Shown in pieces: positions 10,353-19,977 of a stretch of 56,905 bases of DNA (its first letter is position 1; each line of letters opens with the position of its first letter). The stretch is taken from the NCBI GenBank assembly GCA_041746575.1, contig JBGTGT010000029.1, positions 1 to 56,905 on the forward strand, read 5' to 3'. The translations under genes and the position numbers were made by a program. The notes beneath the pieces were generated by a model, which saw only the letters and a list, made by a program, of their open reading frames with translations, ran no database searches and had not been told where the DNA came from. This stretch comes from Microcystaceae cyanobacterium. Its GTDB lineage: Bacteria > Cyanobacteriota > Cyanobacteriia > Cyanobacteriales > Microcystaceae.

Positions 10353-12437
10353 ATGAATCAACGGCATTCAGGAAAAGGGAATAATATTGGAGGCAATCAA
10401 AACATCGATAATTCACGGGAGATTAGGGTTGATAAAGGTAACTATTTTGAGAATGTTGGGGATGTTATCATTAAAAATGATGCACCAACACCGCAACGGG
10501 ATAAGAATCAACAGGTTTTACTTGATTATACGAAAGATATAATTGAAGGGTTATTGAATAAATCTTTACGCAATCAGGTTTATATTACCTTGGATAAAGT
10601 CACGGATGAAACGAAAGTGATTCCCCCCATCCAACTTAAATTTGCCGATGAAGAAGCGCAATTATTACCTACCGAAACGACCATCATTGAGGTTTATGAT
10701 CGCCCTGATATTAACAAACGTCTTTTGATTTTAGGACATCCGGGTTCAGGAAAATCCATGAGTTTATATAAGCTAGGAGAAGAATTAGTTCAACGGGCAA
10801 AAAATGATATTCATCAACCGATTCCTGTCTTATTTAATTTATCTTCATGGACAAGTAATTATTCAACGATTGAAGATTGGTTAATTGATGAGTTAGTGCT
10901 TAATTATGGTTTTAATAGAAATAAAAAGTTAGCAAAACAATATATCAGAGATCAGTTGATTATTCCCCTTTTAGATGGGTTAAATGAATTAGTAAGCGAT
11001 CGCCAATTTTCTTGTGTCAATGCCATTAATACTTTTTTGCAACCAAATCACTGGAAAAAGCCTTTAGTGGTGTGTAGTCGCCTCAAGGCATTTGAATTGT
11101 TACAAACTCGAATTGGTTTAAATGGTGCAGTGATTTTACAACCTTTAAGTGATGAGCAAATTGAGATTTATTTAAAAGAAACGGAAGCAGAATATCTCAG
11201 TGATTTAATTCAATCAGATAAAGACTGGCATGATTTAGCAGAAACGCCTTTATTTTTAAATATTATGGTTTTAATTACAAAAGGAAGTTCATTAAAACAA
11301 TGGCAAGAATTGAAAACAAAAGACGCAAAGTTATTTTACTTATTTGAAAAGTTTATTTATCATCAGTTGGAAAATCAGAATTTGATCGAAAGTCGACATA
11401 AAAATAAAATCAGGAAGACACCGAAAGAAGGACAGAAAATTCTTAAAAGTTATTTACCCTATATCAAGAATCCACCGCAAAGTCGTCGTTATTTAACATG
11501 GTTAGCGTGGCAGTTAAAGAAAAATAAGCAAACCGTATTTTTGATTGAGAATTTACAACCAACTGACTTAGCAAATTCAAAGCAAAGATGTATTTATGGG
11601 TAGATTTTAAGCTTAATTCTTTATTTAATTTATGTCTTAGCTTTTGGATTAAGTTCGGGAGGATTGGTAGCTTATTTCTTTAGATCCTCACTTGCTGGCA
11701 CTTTGCAAGATTTAGTTATCAATGGAGTAAGAATTGCGTTAATTATTGGAATTATTTTAGTAATAATAAATAATCAAAACTTAAGCTTACAAAAAATCGA
11801 AACGTTTAAAACACTAAAATTTTCGCCTAAAAGGTTGCTTGGCAAATTACCTAGTAAATTTGAACCATTTCGCTTTAACTTTGTTTTAGGTGGATTAGTA
11901 ATAGGAGTTCTTTTTGCAGTACAAATTGTCAATCTTGGTTATATTATTACAGCAATCTTTTTAGGTTTATTTATTGCATTAATATTTAGGGTAATTTTAG
12001 GATTTTTAGAAGTATTTATTGCAAATATTTTGAGAAGTCTACACGAATCTGAGCTTGAAATAAACAATTATCCTAATCAGAGGATTAAATCTACTACAAA
12101 GAATATTTTAATCCTTTTTTGTGTAGCCTTTGTTATCGGAATTCTTTTAGTGTATTTTTTACGTTTTCAGCCATTTTCAGAGGAAAGAGATTTAAAACCT
12201 TTTATTATTATAGTTTTACCTACAGTTATTACTTCCTTAATTTATAGCAACAGTGTCACTCCTGTTCTACAACATATTATTTTGCGTCTCGTCCTTACTT
12301 AAAATCAATACACGCCTTGGAATTATGCGCGCTTTTTAGATTATTGTACCGAACAAATCTTATTACAACGGATAGGAGGAGGTTATCAGTTTATCCATCG
12401 TTTATTACGAGAACACTTATTAAATGATGAACAATAA
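10353..12437 (+). pseudogene. NACHT NTPase with C-terminal TM helices, broken by two in-frame stops
   Basis: One frame throughout: GHPGSGKS Walker A, LDGLNE (degenerate Walker B), TAG 11601-11603, TM region, TAA 12300-12302, then the family C-terminus PWNYARFLDYCTEQILLQRIGGGYQFIHRLL to TAA 12437. Confidence 0.88.
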
Positions 12438-12478
12438 ACGATGATAAATTTGGATAGTTTTTTTATTATAAAATACCA

Positions 12479-12952
12479 TTACAATAAATTAGGAAGCCAA
12501 TTTTCATCTACAATTTGTTCTACAGTAGCGATTGGAAAAACAGGAAATGTTTTCGAGGGAAGTCTTGTTTTTTTATAAGTAATTTTAACAGCATCTTTAT
12601 AACATTCCTCTAAAATTTGAGCTAAATAAGGTTTTAAACTGGGACTATCTTGCAATAATCGTCTAATTTGAATCCGAAAATTCTCAATTTCTCCTTCCCA
12701 TCCTGCTTGATTATATTCCCTTTCTGATTGCCAATAAGCTAACATTAAAAAATGTTCAAATAGACGAGTTAATAAACTTTTTAATGCTCGTTTATCCCTT
12801 CTGGTCATTCCCTCAATTTCCTCTAATAAATTCTGCCAATCGACTTGAGAATATTGACCATTACGAAGTTGTTCTAGGGTTGTTTCTAACCAGAGTTGAT
12901 AATCTTGATCATATAATTGTTGCGTAGGTGGCGGTGTTTGTCGAATCATCAC
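12479..12952 (-). CDS. DUF29 family protein
   Basis: LYDQDYQLWLE...DWQNLLEEIEGM...LLQDSPSLKPYL. Confidence 0.9.
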   Translation of the reverse strand: MMIRQTPPPTQQLYDQDYQLWLETTLEQLRNGQYSQVDWQNLLEEIEGMTRRDKRALKSLLTRLFEHFLMLAYWQSEREYNQAGWEGEIENFRIQIRRLLQDSPSLKPYLAQILEECYKDAVKITYKKTRLPSKTFPVFPIATVEQIVDENWLPNLL

Positions 12953-13060
12953 ATTGTCTCTAATTAAGTAAACCTAATCACTGCACTGCATAGCAGTACA
13001 CTTAAGCAAGTTATTATAAGTATTATAATGTAATTTCAAAAGATCGAAAGGCAACCATTC

Positions 13061-13462
13061 TTATTTCTTAATTGTATTTGCCGTTTTGTCCATAATTTTC
13101 GCTAATTCGACATCTAAATTACTAATAACATGGCCTAGGTCATAGGTTAATAAACTAACTTTAACCAAACTATAGGCATTAAACCATTCAGGATGATGTC
13201 CTAATGCTTCCGCTTGAACACCAACATTCACCATCCATCCTAAAGCCTCCGCAAAATTACGAAATTGAAAATCTTTACACAATTTTCCGTCTTTTACTGT
13301 CCAACCTTGGAGGGTGTTTAAGGCTGATTCGATTTCTTGATCACTTAGTTTGTGTCCGCTCATAATGGTGTTATCAGGGGTAAAGGACGAGGCATTAGCC
13401 AATAAACGTGTCAATTCATAACTTATCACTAAAACACTGCTCAAAAACACCCTCCTATTCAC
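13061..13462 (-). CDS. Pterin-4a-carbinolamine dehydratase-like protein with possible Tat-like leader
   Basis: FRNFAEALGWM...AEALGHHPEWFNAY; alternative ATG at 13363. Confidence 0.85.
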   Translation of the reverse strand: MNRRVFLSSVLVISYELTRLLANASSFTPDNTIMSGHKLSDQEIESALNTLQGWTVKDGKLCKDFQFRNFAEALGWMVNVGVQAEALGHHPEWFNAYSLVKVSLLTYDLGHVISNLDVELAKIMDKTANTIKK

Positions 13463-13484
13463 TGCTCCCTTTCTCCTCCTCTGC

Positions 13485-14144
13485 TTAACCTAATGTTAAA
13501 CGATAAACGGTTCGGTCTGTTCCTGTTTCGGCAAAGTGTTCGTAGGCTAATTTTTCCAGTTTCATCGTGTCTGGAATTTTCCGTAAAGTGGCTAAATTTC
13601 CTAAATTAGAATAACCAAAAAAGACTTCCCCTTGAGGGGCAAGATAATGGGAAACGTGTTCAATAAATTTGAGGAAAATTTGTCCACTGGGATCATTGGT
13701 GGCAATTTCTGTCTCGTTTTCGATGACTTTATCTAAAAAAGGCACATTAAAAGTAATTGTGTCGAATAAGGTATTTTTAGGAACATTTTCAAACAAATTA
13801 GAGACAAAAATGTTTGCTTTCTTAAAATTCAGTAAAGCATTTAATTTAGTACAGAATACGGCTTTTTGACTAATATCTGAAAGATAAATTTCTTTGAAAT
13901 ACTGACTTAATCCTAAGCCGACAATGCCGGTGCCACATCCCATATCCAATAGGCGGTTTTTTGAACTTCCAACGTTTTGATAATACTTTAAAATGCTTTT
14001 GAGAAAAAATACTGAACTAGAAGAGGCTTCGGGATGATAAAGATAGGGAAAAGCGGCAATGGTCAAACCATTCACTCGATAAAAATTTAAACGGGATTGT
14101 TTATCCAAAAAAGCTCGGTGTAAGTCTAAAAAGGAAGATTGCAT
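13485..14144 (-). CDS. Class I SAM-dependent methyltransferase (HemK/MTS-like)
   Basis: LDMGCGTG motif I, SDIS, SNLFENV, FNVPF (NPPF-like). Confidence 0.85.
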   Translation of the reverse strand: MQSSFLDLHRAFLDKQSRLNFYRVNGLTIAAFPYLYHPEASSSSVFFLKSILKYYQNVGSSKNRLLDMGCGTGIVGLGLSQYFKEIYLSDISQKAVFCTKLNALLNFKKANIFVSNLFENVPKNTLFDTITFNVPFLDKVIENETEIATNDPSGQIFLKFIEHVSHYLAPQGEVFFGYSNLGNLATLRKIPDTMKLEKLAYEHFAETGTDRTVYRLTLG

Positions 14145-14145
14145 A

Positions 14146-14189
14146 TCAGTGAATAGTCAATAGTAAACAGTGAAAAGTTGATAGTTGAG
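14146..14189. repeat. Degenerate heptamer tandem repeat (STRR-like)
   Basis: cagtgaa tagtcaa tagtaaa cagtgaa aagttga tagttga. Confidence 0.45.
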
Positions 14190-14212
14190 CCAATAATTCT
14201 TAACGATTAACT

Positions 14213-14240
14213 AAAAAAGGAGGGGGATCTCTCCCCCCTT
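14213..14240 (-). terminator. Intrinsic terminator after folE
   Basis: Minus strand AAGGGGGGA-gaga-TCCCCCTCC-TTTTTT. Confidence 0.7.
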
Positions 14241-14244
14241 GGAT

Positions 14245-14964
14245 TTACATAAAATTCGGCTGATGACGAATGAGGTTTAGGTATTCCTCACGGGTTTTCT
14301 GATCTTCTTGAAAAACCCCAACCATTGCACTGGTTACTGTCCAAGAGCCTGGTTTTTCAACACCGCGCATCGCCATACACATATGGCTGGCTTCCATTAC
14401 CACAGCCACTCCTTTGGGTTCGAGAATTTCTTGAACCGCCTCGGAAATTTGGCGGGTTAAGCGTTCTTGCACTTGCAAACGACGGGAATACATTTCGACA
14501 ATTCTGGCTAATTTGCTCAATCCCACCACTTTTTGATTGGGAATATAAGCGACGTGCGCTTTCCCCATAAACGGCAACATATGATGTTCACAGAGACTGA
14601 AGAAGGTGATATCTCGCACTAGCACCATTTCACTGTGACCTTCATCAAAAATCGCCCCATTGACGATGTCATCCAAAGATTGAGAATAGCCTTGAGTAAG
14701 GAATTGCATCGCCTCTGCGACTCGTTTGGGGGTTTTGAGTAAGCCTTCGCGTTCGGGATCTTCTCCTACGGATTCTAAGATAGTCCGCACGGCGGCCATC
14801 ATTTTTTCTTGACCTTCGGAGGTGGTGGGGTGAATTTTGGCTTGTTCGCCATTGTGGGTATTGCGATCGGGGCGGGATAATACTCGTTCGGTGAAATTTG
14901 GATTCAGAATGGGTGTACCATTAGAAACTGAACGATTTGAACCGTTAGAAGAAACTATTGACAT
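14245..14964 (-). CDS. folE: GTP cyclohydrolase I
   Basis: [41 protein letters not shown]. Confidence 0.97.
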   Translation of the reverse strand: MSIVSSNGSNRSVSNGTPILNPNFTERVLSRPDRNTHNGEQAKIHPTTSEGQEKMMAAVRTILESVGEDPEREGLLKTPKRVAEAMQFLTQGYSQSLDDIVNGAIFDEGHSEMVLVRDITFFSLCEHHMLPFMGKAHVAYIPNQKVVGLSKLARIVEMYSRRLQVQERLTRQISEAVQEILEPKGVAVVMEASHMCMAMRGVEKPGSWTVTSAMVGVFQEDQKTREEYLNLIRHQPNFM

Positions 14965-14991
14965 ATTTTAGATAATTCCTTGTATTTTACG

Positions 14992-15720
14992 TTATAAAGC
15001 TCCAGCACTGGGCATAATCGTCATATCAGTAATGACGGCATTGGCTGGCAACAGCACAGCGTGGAGGATGGACTGAGCGACAATATCAGGGGTTAACATT
15101 TGAGAACGATCAAAGTCCGCTTGTACGGTGTTGCTATCCCAGATGGCTGTATTTACTGCACCGGGAGAGAGCGTTACAACTCGAATAGCATTAGCTCGTT
15201 CTTCTTCTGCTAAAATCTTAGAAAAAGCGACTAGAGCGGCTTTGCTTGCGCTATAGGCCCCCCATTCAGGAAAGGATTGATGGGCGGCTACTGAAGCAAT
15301 ATTGACAATCGTTCCCTGACGTCGTTGCCGCATATGGGGTAAAACCCCTTGAACGCACTGAAATACACTGGTGAGATTGAGATCGATCACCTGTTGCCAA
15401 TCCGCTAAAGTCATTTCCCCTAAACGACCTGAATAGCCCATGCCCGCATTATTGACTAAAATATCAATATCTCCAAAATCTTGAATAATGCTGACGATGT
15501 GAGGCTCAATTGCCTCTAAATGGGTTAAATCGAGGGGATAGGCTTCGGCTTTCACACCCAACGTTTGAGCGGCTTCAACGACAGACGCTAAGGATGCAGG
15601 AGAACGACTCACCAATGCTACGTTGATCCCTGCTTTGGCAAAAGTTAGGGCAGTTTCTCGACCAATACCACTGCTTGCGCCGGTAATAATGGCCTGACGT
15701 TCATGAGAAAGGACGGTCAT
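14992..15720 (-). CDS. SDR family oxidoreductase
   Basis: TGASSGIG, VNNAG, YSASK. Confidence 0.92.
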   Translation of the reverse strand: MTVLSHERQAIITGASSGIGRETALTFAKAGINVALVSRSPASLASVVEAAQTLGVKAEAYPLDLTHLEAIEPHIVSIIQDFGDIDILVNNAGMGYSGRLGEMTLADWQQVIDLNLTSVFQCVQGVLPHMRQRRQGTIVNIASVAAHQSFPEWGAYSASKAALVAFSKILAEEERANAIRVVTLSPGAVNTAIWDSNTVQADFDRSQMLTPDIVAQSILHAVLLPANAVITDMTIMPSAGAL

Positions 15721-16042
15721 GATTTAGAAAAAGACTTTGCATTAAAATCAGGGGATTCAGTCGGATTTGAGAAGAAATTTTGTAACATTTACCCCTTAGG
15801 CAGTTGGAAAGATGATTAAATCTAGCATTTGAGATAGTTTAAACAGATTGATAGGGGCTACATGGGAATTTGTGCCTAGCCCAAATAGAGGATTAGGTGA
15901 GAAATTCTTTACAAAATTTTACTTAATGAAATTATAACATTCTCTGACCCGCTTAGGGTCTGTCCCTTGGAAATTTCACGAGAGAAGCAGGAGAAGGTAG
16001 GAAGATAACTAAATGACAGGCAGGGAGAAACGCCGTTCGATC

Positions 16043-17041
16043 CTAAAAAACACGGCTTACTGTTTCCAAATTTTCGCTGAAAACGCCCATTTGACGAAAT
16101 TTCTGATACCGTTGTTCTCGCCGTTGTTGAGGAGACAATTGGCATAAGGCATCAAGGTGCTTAATGAGGGTTTGCTTTAATAATTCTGCGGCTTCTAGGG
16201 GGTTAGCGTGGGCAGATCCGGCAGGCTCTGGGATAATTTCATCGATAATACCCATATTTTTTAAATCTTCTGCTGTAATTTTCAGAGAAATTGCCGCTTG
16301 TTCTGCTTTTTTAGCATCTTTCCACAGAATAGCGGCACAAGCTTCTGGCGTTGCGACGGTATAAACAGAATGTTCTAACATAAAGACGCGATCGCCGATG
16401 CCGATGCCTAAAGCACCCCCTGAGCCGCCTTCACCAATGACGGTACAGAGAATGGGAACCTCATAGCGAAACATCTGCCGCAGATTATAAGCGATCGCTT
16501 CTCCTTGTCCTAATTTTTCGGCTTCTATCCCTGGAAAGGCTCCCGGTGTGTCAATAAATGTAATGATTGGCAATTTAAATTGATTGGCGTGTTCCATTAA
16601 GCGAATTGCTTTACGATAGCCTCCCGGAGACGCCATACCAAAGTTTCGTGCCACATTGTCCTTCGTATCTCGTCCTTTTTGGTGTCCCATCACAACGACA
16701 GGTTGTGTTCCTAAGCGTGCCACGCCACCAACGAGAGCAGGGTCATCTGAACCGCCGCGATCTCCGTGCAATTCAAACCAATCGTCGCATATTGCTTGAA
16801 TATAATCGAGGGTACTGGGACGACGGGGATGGCGGGCTACCTGTAAGCGTTGGGAGGGGGTGAGAGAGCTAAAGATTTCTCGGCGCAGTTGTTCGGCGCG
16901 TTTTTCCAGTTGTTTAACCTGTTCTGAAACATCTACGTTATTTTCTTCCGCTAACTTGCGAATTTGCTGAATTTGTTCTTCTAGCTCGTATAGAGGTTTT
17001 TCAAATTCAAGAAGGAAAGGACGACGTTCAGTTGACGGCAT
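16043..17041 (-). CDS. accA: Acetyl-CoA carboxylase carboxyltransferase alpha subunit
   Basis: [30 protein letters not shown]. Confidence 0.98.
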   Translation of the reverse strand: MPSTERRPFLLEFEKPLYELEEQIQQIRKLAEENNVDVSEQVKQLEKRAEQLRREIFSSLTPSQRLQVARHPRRPSTLDYIQAICDDWFELHGDRGGSDDPALVGGVARLGTQPVVVMGHQKGRDTKDNVARNFGMASPGGYRKAIRLMEHANQFKLPIITFIDTPGAFPGIEAEKLGQGEAIAYNLRQMFRYEVPILCTVIGEGGSGGALGIGIGDRVFMLEHSVYTVATPEACAAILWKDAKKAEQAAISLKITAEDLKNMGIIDEIIPEPAGSAHANPLEAAELLKQTLIKHLDALCQLSPQQRREQRYQKFRQMGVFSENLETVSRVF

Positions 17042-17249
17042 GGTCTGGCACAGTAATAGGGCAACTTATTATTTTATCATTTTAGGGGTTATCGCTTATC
17101 GGTTACCCTGTGATCCACTCGTTTAAGAAATAACTTTATCACGAGCAAAAGCAACGTTCACTGGCTTCAGATTAGAGTAATGACGAGGGGCGAAATCACT
17201 GTGACACTGATGACTGATTATTGTTGACTTTTGACGGATTACTGTAATT

Positions 17250-17855
17250 ATAAATACATTTTCAGCGATTAAAGAACGTCGTTCTGTTAAGCACTATGAT
17301 TCTTCCCATGTGATGACGCAGGAGGAAATAAAAGCTTTGCTTGAATTAGTTATCTTATCGCCGACTTCGTTTAATATTCAAAATTGGCGTTTTCTGGTGG
17401 TCGAAAGAGATCCGAATTTACGGCAACGCTTGCAAGAGGCGGCGTGGAATCAAACGCAAGTGACAGAAGCTTCTCTTGTTGTTCTGCTATGTGGTGATTT
17501 AAAATCATGGCAGAGAAATCCAGAGCGATACTGGAGAAATGCGCCAGAAGAAGTACAAAAACAGCTTGTTCCGATGATTGTTCAGTTTTATCAAGGAAAG
17601 GAAGACCTGCAGAGGGATGAAGTCATGCGTTCTTGTGGTATCGCTGGACAAACCTTGATGTTGGTGGCTAAAGCGATGGGGTATGATACTTGTCCGATGA
17701 TTGGCTTTGATTCCGAAAAAGTGGCTGAAATCATTAATTTACCCGAAGAGCATGTTATCGGTTTTATGATAGTAGTGGGTAAGGCCACGCAACCTGCACG
17801 TTCGAGGGGGGGGCAGCTGGACTTATCGGAGGTCTTAATTTACAATCAGTTTTAA
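17250..17855 (+). CDS. Nitroreductase family protein; homology begins at an ATA codon
   Basis: In-frame (I)NTFSAIKERRSVKHYD upstream of the ORF-track start; SPTSFNIQNWRF; DTCPMIGFD. Confidence 0.85.
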   Translation: MNTFSAIKERRSVKHYDSSHVMTQEEIKALLELVILSPTSFNIQNWRFLVVERDPNLRQRLQEAAWNQTQVTEASLVVLLCGDLKSWQRNPERYWRNAPEEVQKQLVPMIVQFYQGKEDLQRDEVMRSCGIAGQTLMLVAKAMGYDTCPMIGFDSEKVAEIINLPEEHVIGFMIVVGKATQPARSRGGQLDLSEVLIYNQF

Positions 17856-17903
17856 GCGATCGCCTAGCCTTTTGGTCTTATAAAGCCGCTTTTATTAGAC
17901 ACT

Positions 17904-18014
17904 ATGACCCTTATTGACTCTAATCTCTTCCACACTGTGGCAATTACCCTAGGAACACTTTTCTTCGGTATGATTATCACATGGGCGATCTGGTTTGCGG
18001 CTAAAATGAAATGA
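17904..18014 (+). CDS. Putative 36-aa single-TM small protein
   Basis: MTLIDSNLFHTVAITLGTLFFGMIITWAIWFAAKMK*; fills the gap between nitroreductase and the HAD gene. Confidence 0.5.
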   Translation: MTLIDSNLFHTVAITLGTLFFGMIITWAIWFAAKMK

Positions 18015-18029
18015 TCAGCGAATATTAGG

Positions 18030-18737
18030 CTAATAAGGCTGATTTTTGGTATAGGCGGCTTCAATTCGCTCCCATTCTAATTCTGAGAAGCTATCGATTG
18101 CCCAGTTAGCTAAACGTTGCATAAAGTGTAAAGGGTAGGTATGAGCAACGCCGACGACGGGTATCCCTGCTTTTTTGGCGGCTTCAATGCCAGCCGGCGT
18201 ATCTTCGATGGCGAGACAGTTAGCGGGTTGTAGTTGAAGATGGGTATCAAGGTGATTAAAGCGTTCTATGGCTAAAAGATAGCCATCAGGTTGAGGCTTA
18301 CTGACTTTAAGGTCATCTCCTGACACAATTACCTCAAAATATCGGTCTAAGTTCGCTTTTTGTAGAACTATCTCGACTTCTGCTCGTATTGCTCCAGTTA
18401 CTAACCCCATTCTAAGTTGTTTCAAGGTTATTTTTTCTAGAAGCGTAAATAAACCCGCATAAATAGGTAAATTTTCTTGATTTTCTAGGCATTTTAGATA
18501 AGCTTGCCCTTTTTTATCAATGAGTTTGTCTAAGTAATCATCTGTAACGATGCGACCGCGTTCGGCTAAGATATCCTTAATACAGGCTCGATCACTGCGC
18601 CCTAAGCAGAATTTTTGAAACTCTGTGCCAGAAGGTCGCAAATTTTCCCCTAAAAGGAGTTCATCAATCAGTTTTTGATGAATGGGTTCATCGTTAATGA
18701 TAATGCCGTTGAAATCAAATAAAATCGCTTTTAGCAT
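18030..18737 (-). CDS. HAD-superfamily phosphatase
   Basis: LFDFNGII, VTG, SKPQPDGY, IEDTPAGIEAAKKAG. Confidence 0.9.
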   Translation of the reverse strand: MLKAILFDFNGIIINDEPIHQKLIDELLLGENLRPSGTEFQKFCLGRSDRACIKDILAERGRIVTDDYLDKLIDKKGQAYLKCLENQENLPIYAGLFTLLEKITLKQLRMGLVTGAIRAEVEIVLQKANLDRYFEVIVSGDDLKVSKPQPDGYLLAIERFNHLDTHLQLQPANCLAIEDTPAGIEAAKKAGIPVVGVAHTYPLHFMQRLANWAIDSFSELEWERIEAAYTKNQPY

Positions 18738-18766
18738 CTTCAAAGTCTTTCACCGTAAGCAGTAAT

Positions 18767-18787
18767 TCCGTCATCCGTCATCCGTCA
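18767..18787. repeat. (TCCGTCA)x3 heptamer tandem repeat
   Basis: Exact triple repeat just upstream of the HAD gene start. Confidence 0.85.
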
Positions 18788-18989
18788 GCTAGCTAGCACA
18801 ATGCCTAAATGAGTGATTGAGAAACGGCAGTATAACCTCCCGAATAGGCAGTTTATATGTACATATGTACAATAGCCTAACCTAATGATTTTAAAATTTA
18901 ACGCTAATCGTATCGTAACGGTTTGCTTTTCGATCTTTTTATCTCTGTTTGCTATAATCGGGAAATTAACCATTGATCCTGCTAAAAAA

Positions 18990-19430
18990 ATGACCGACTT
19001 CGTTCCAGCGATTTTTAAACGTCACATCGGAAGTTGGCAGGGAGAGTATATTAAAACCAACGCTCAAGGCCATTTTATCAGAAGCTTTAAAGGAACGTTT
19101 ACGATTCATATAGAAGGAACTATTTATCGTCAAGTAAATTATTACGAATATGCCGACGGTTCGGATTTAACTTTACAATTTGAAGGACAATTTGAAGCGA
19201 AAATTTTAAAATTAAATTCAAGCAATTACGAAGAATTTTTTGCTTTTGCATGGGATGCTGGCCATGATACCATTGGCTTTAAAGTTAATAAAAAACAAGA
19301 TAATTCATTGATTACTTATATGGAAACCATTTATTTGATTAATGATCACTATCGAGTTCGTACAACTCAGGAATTTAAAGATCAGCAATTTATCGGTGTT
19401 AATTTGATTGAAGAAGTCAAAAAATCGTAG
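18990..19430 (+). CDS. DUF3598-like beta-barrel protein
   Basis: HIGSWQGEY...YRQVNYYEYADG...RVRTTQEF; ATG 18990 preferred. Confidence 0.65.
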   Translation: MTDFVPAIFKRHIGSWQGEYIKTNAQGHFIRSFKGTFTIHIEGTIYRQVNYYEYADGSDLTLQFEGQFEAKILKLNSSNYEEFFAFAWDAGHDTIGFKVNKKQDNSLITYMETIYLINDHYRVRTTQEFKDQQFIGVNLIEEVKKS

Positions 19431-19779
19431 ATCTCAGAGGATTCATAGCTTCAGGTTAGAGAAGAGCTAAGGTTATCAATGCTAGAAATTTTTAATAAAA
19501 TGTTTTTAAGGCAAGCTTTTGTATATTTTTTGTCAATTTTACTGACTCTATTCGCTAAAAATCCTTGTTTATAGTGTTTTTGAAAGGCGACTTTTCACGT
19601 TAATTCGTTTCTAAGGTTAAATTAAAAAGGGCTATTTGGGCAAGGAAGAAATACCAAAAAATCTTTCGTAGCGAAGGAATGATTTCCCTTAAATGTCTAA
19701 TAAGTGTCTAAAGCAAAATTTAAAAATTCTTGTTAGAATTGGAGTAATTATACCTCGTGAATAACTAGGAGGGATGAAG

Positions 19780-19866
19780 ATGAATAAAGCGGATTGGGAA
19801 GTTCTAATTATCACCCTTTCCTCTCTCGGATTCTTTATGGGATGGTCATTAATCTGGGCGATGTAA
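19780..19866 (+). CDS. Putative 28-aa single-TM small protein
   Basis: AGGAGG (19767-19772) 7 nt before ATG; MNKADWEVLIITLSSLGFFMGWSLIWAM*. Confidence 0.55.
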   Translation: MNKADWEVLIITLSSLGFFMGWSLIWAM

Positions 19867-19977
19867 TGTCTTAATGTTGTCTTAATCTCCTAAGCTCGAT
19901 TTACGTTATTCATTATCTTTAATGGGGGTTCAGTACCTGATCATAAAAAGAAAGAATGTTTATGATAAAATCATCTA

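Noticed and set aside
11601..12302. Programmed readthrough or an alternative genetic code in the NACHT gene
   Set aside because: Two different stop codons are involved, TAG and TAA end normal genes throughout the window, and Walker B is also degenerate.
15909..16145. 78-aa minus-strand ORF between accA and the SDR gene
   Set aside because: It overlaps the accA 3' end in another frame and has no recognisable features.
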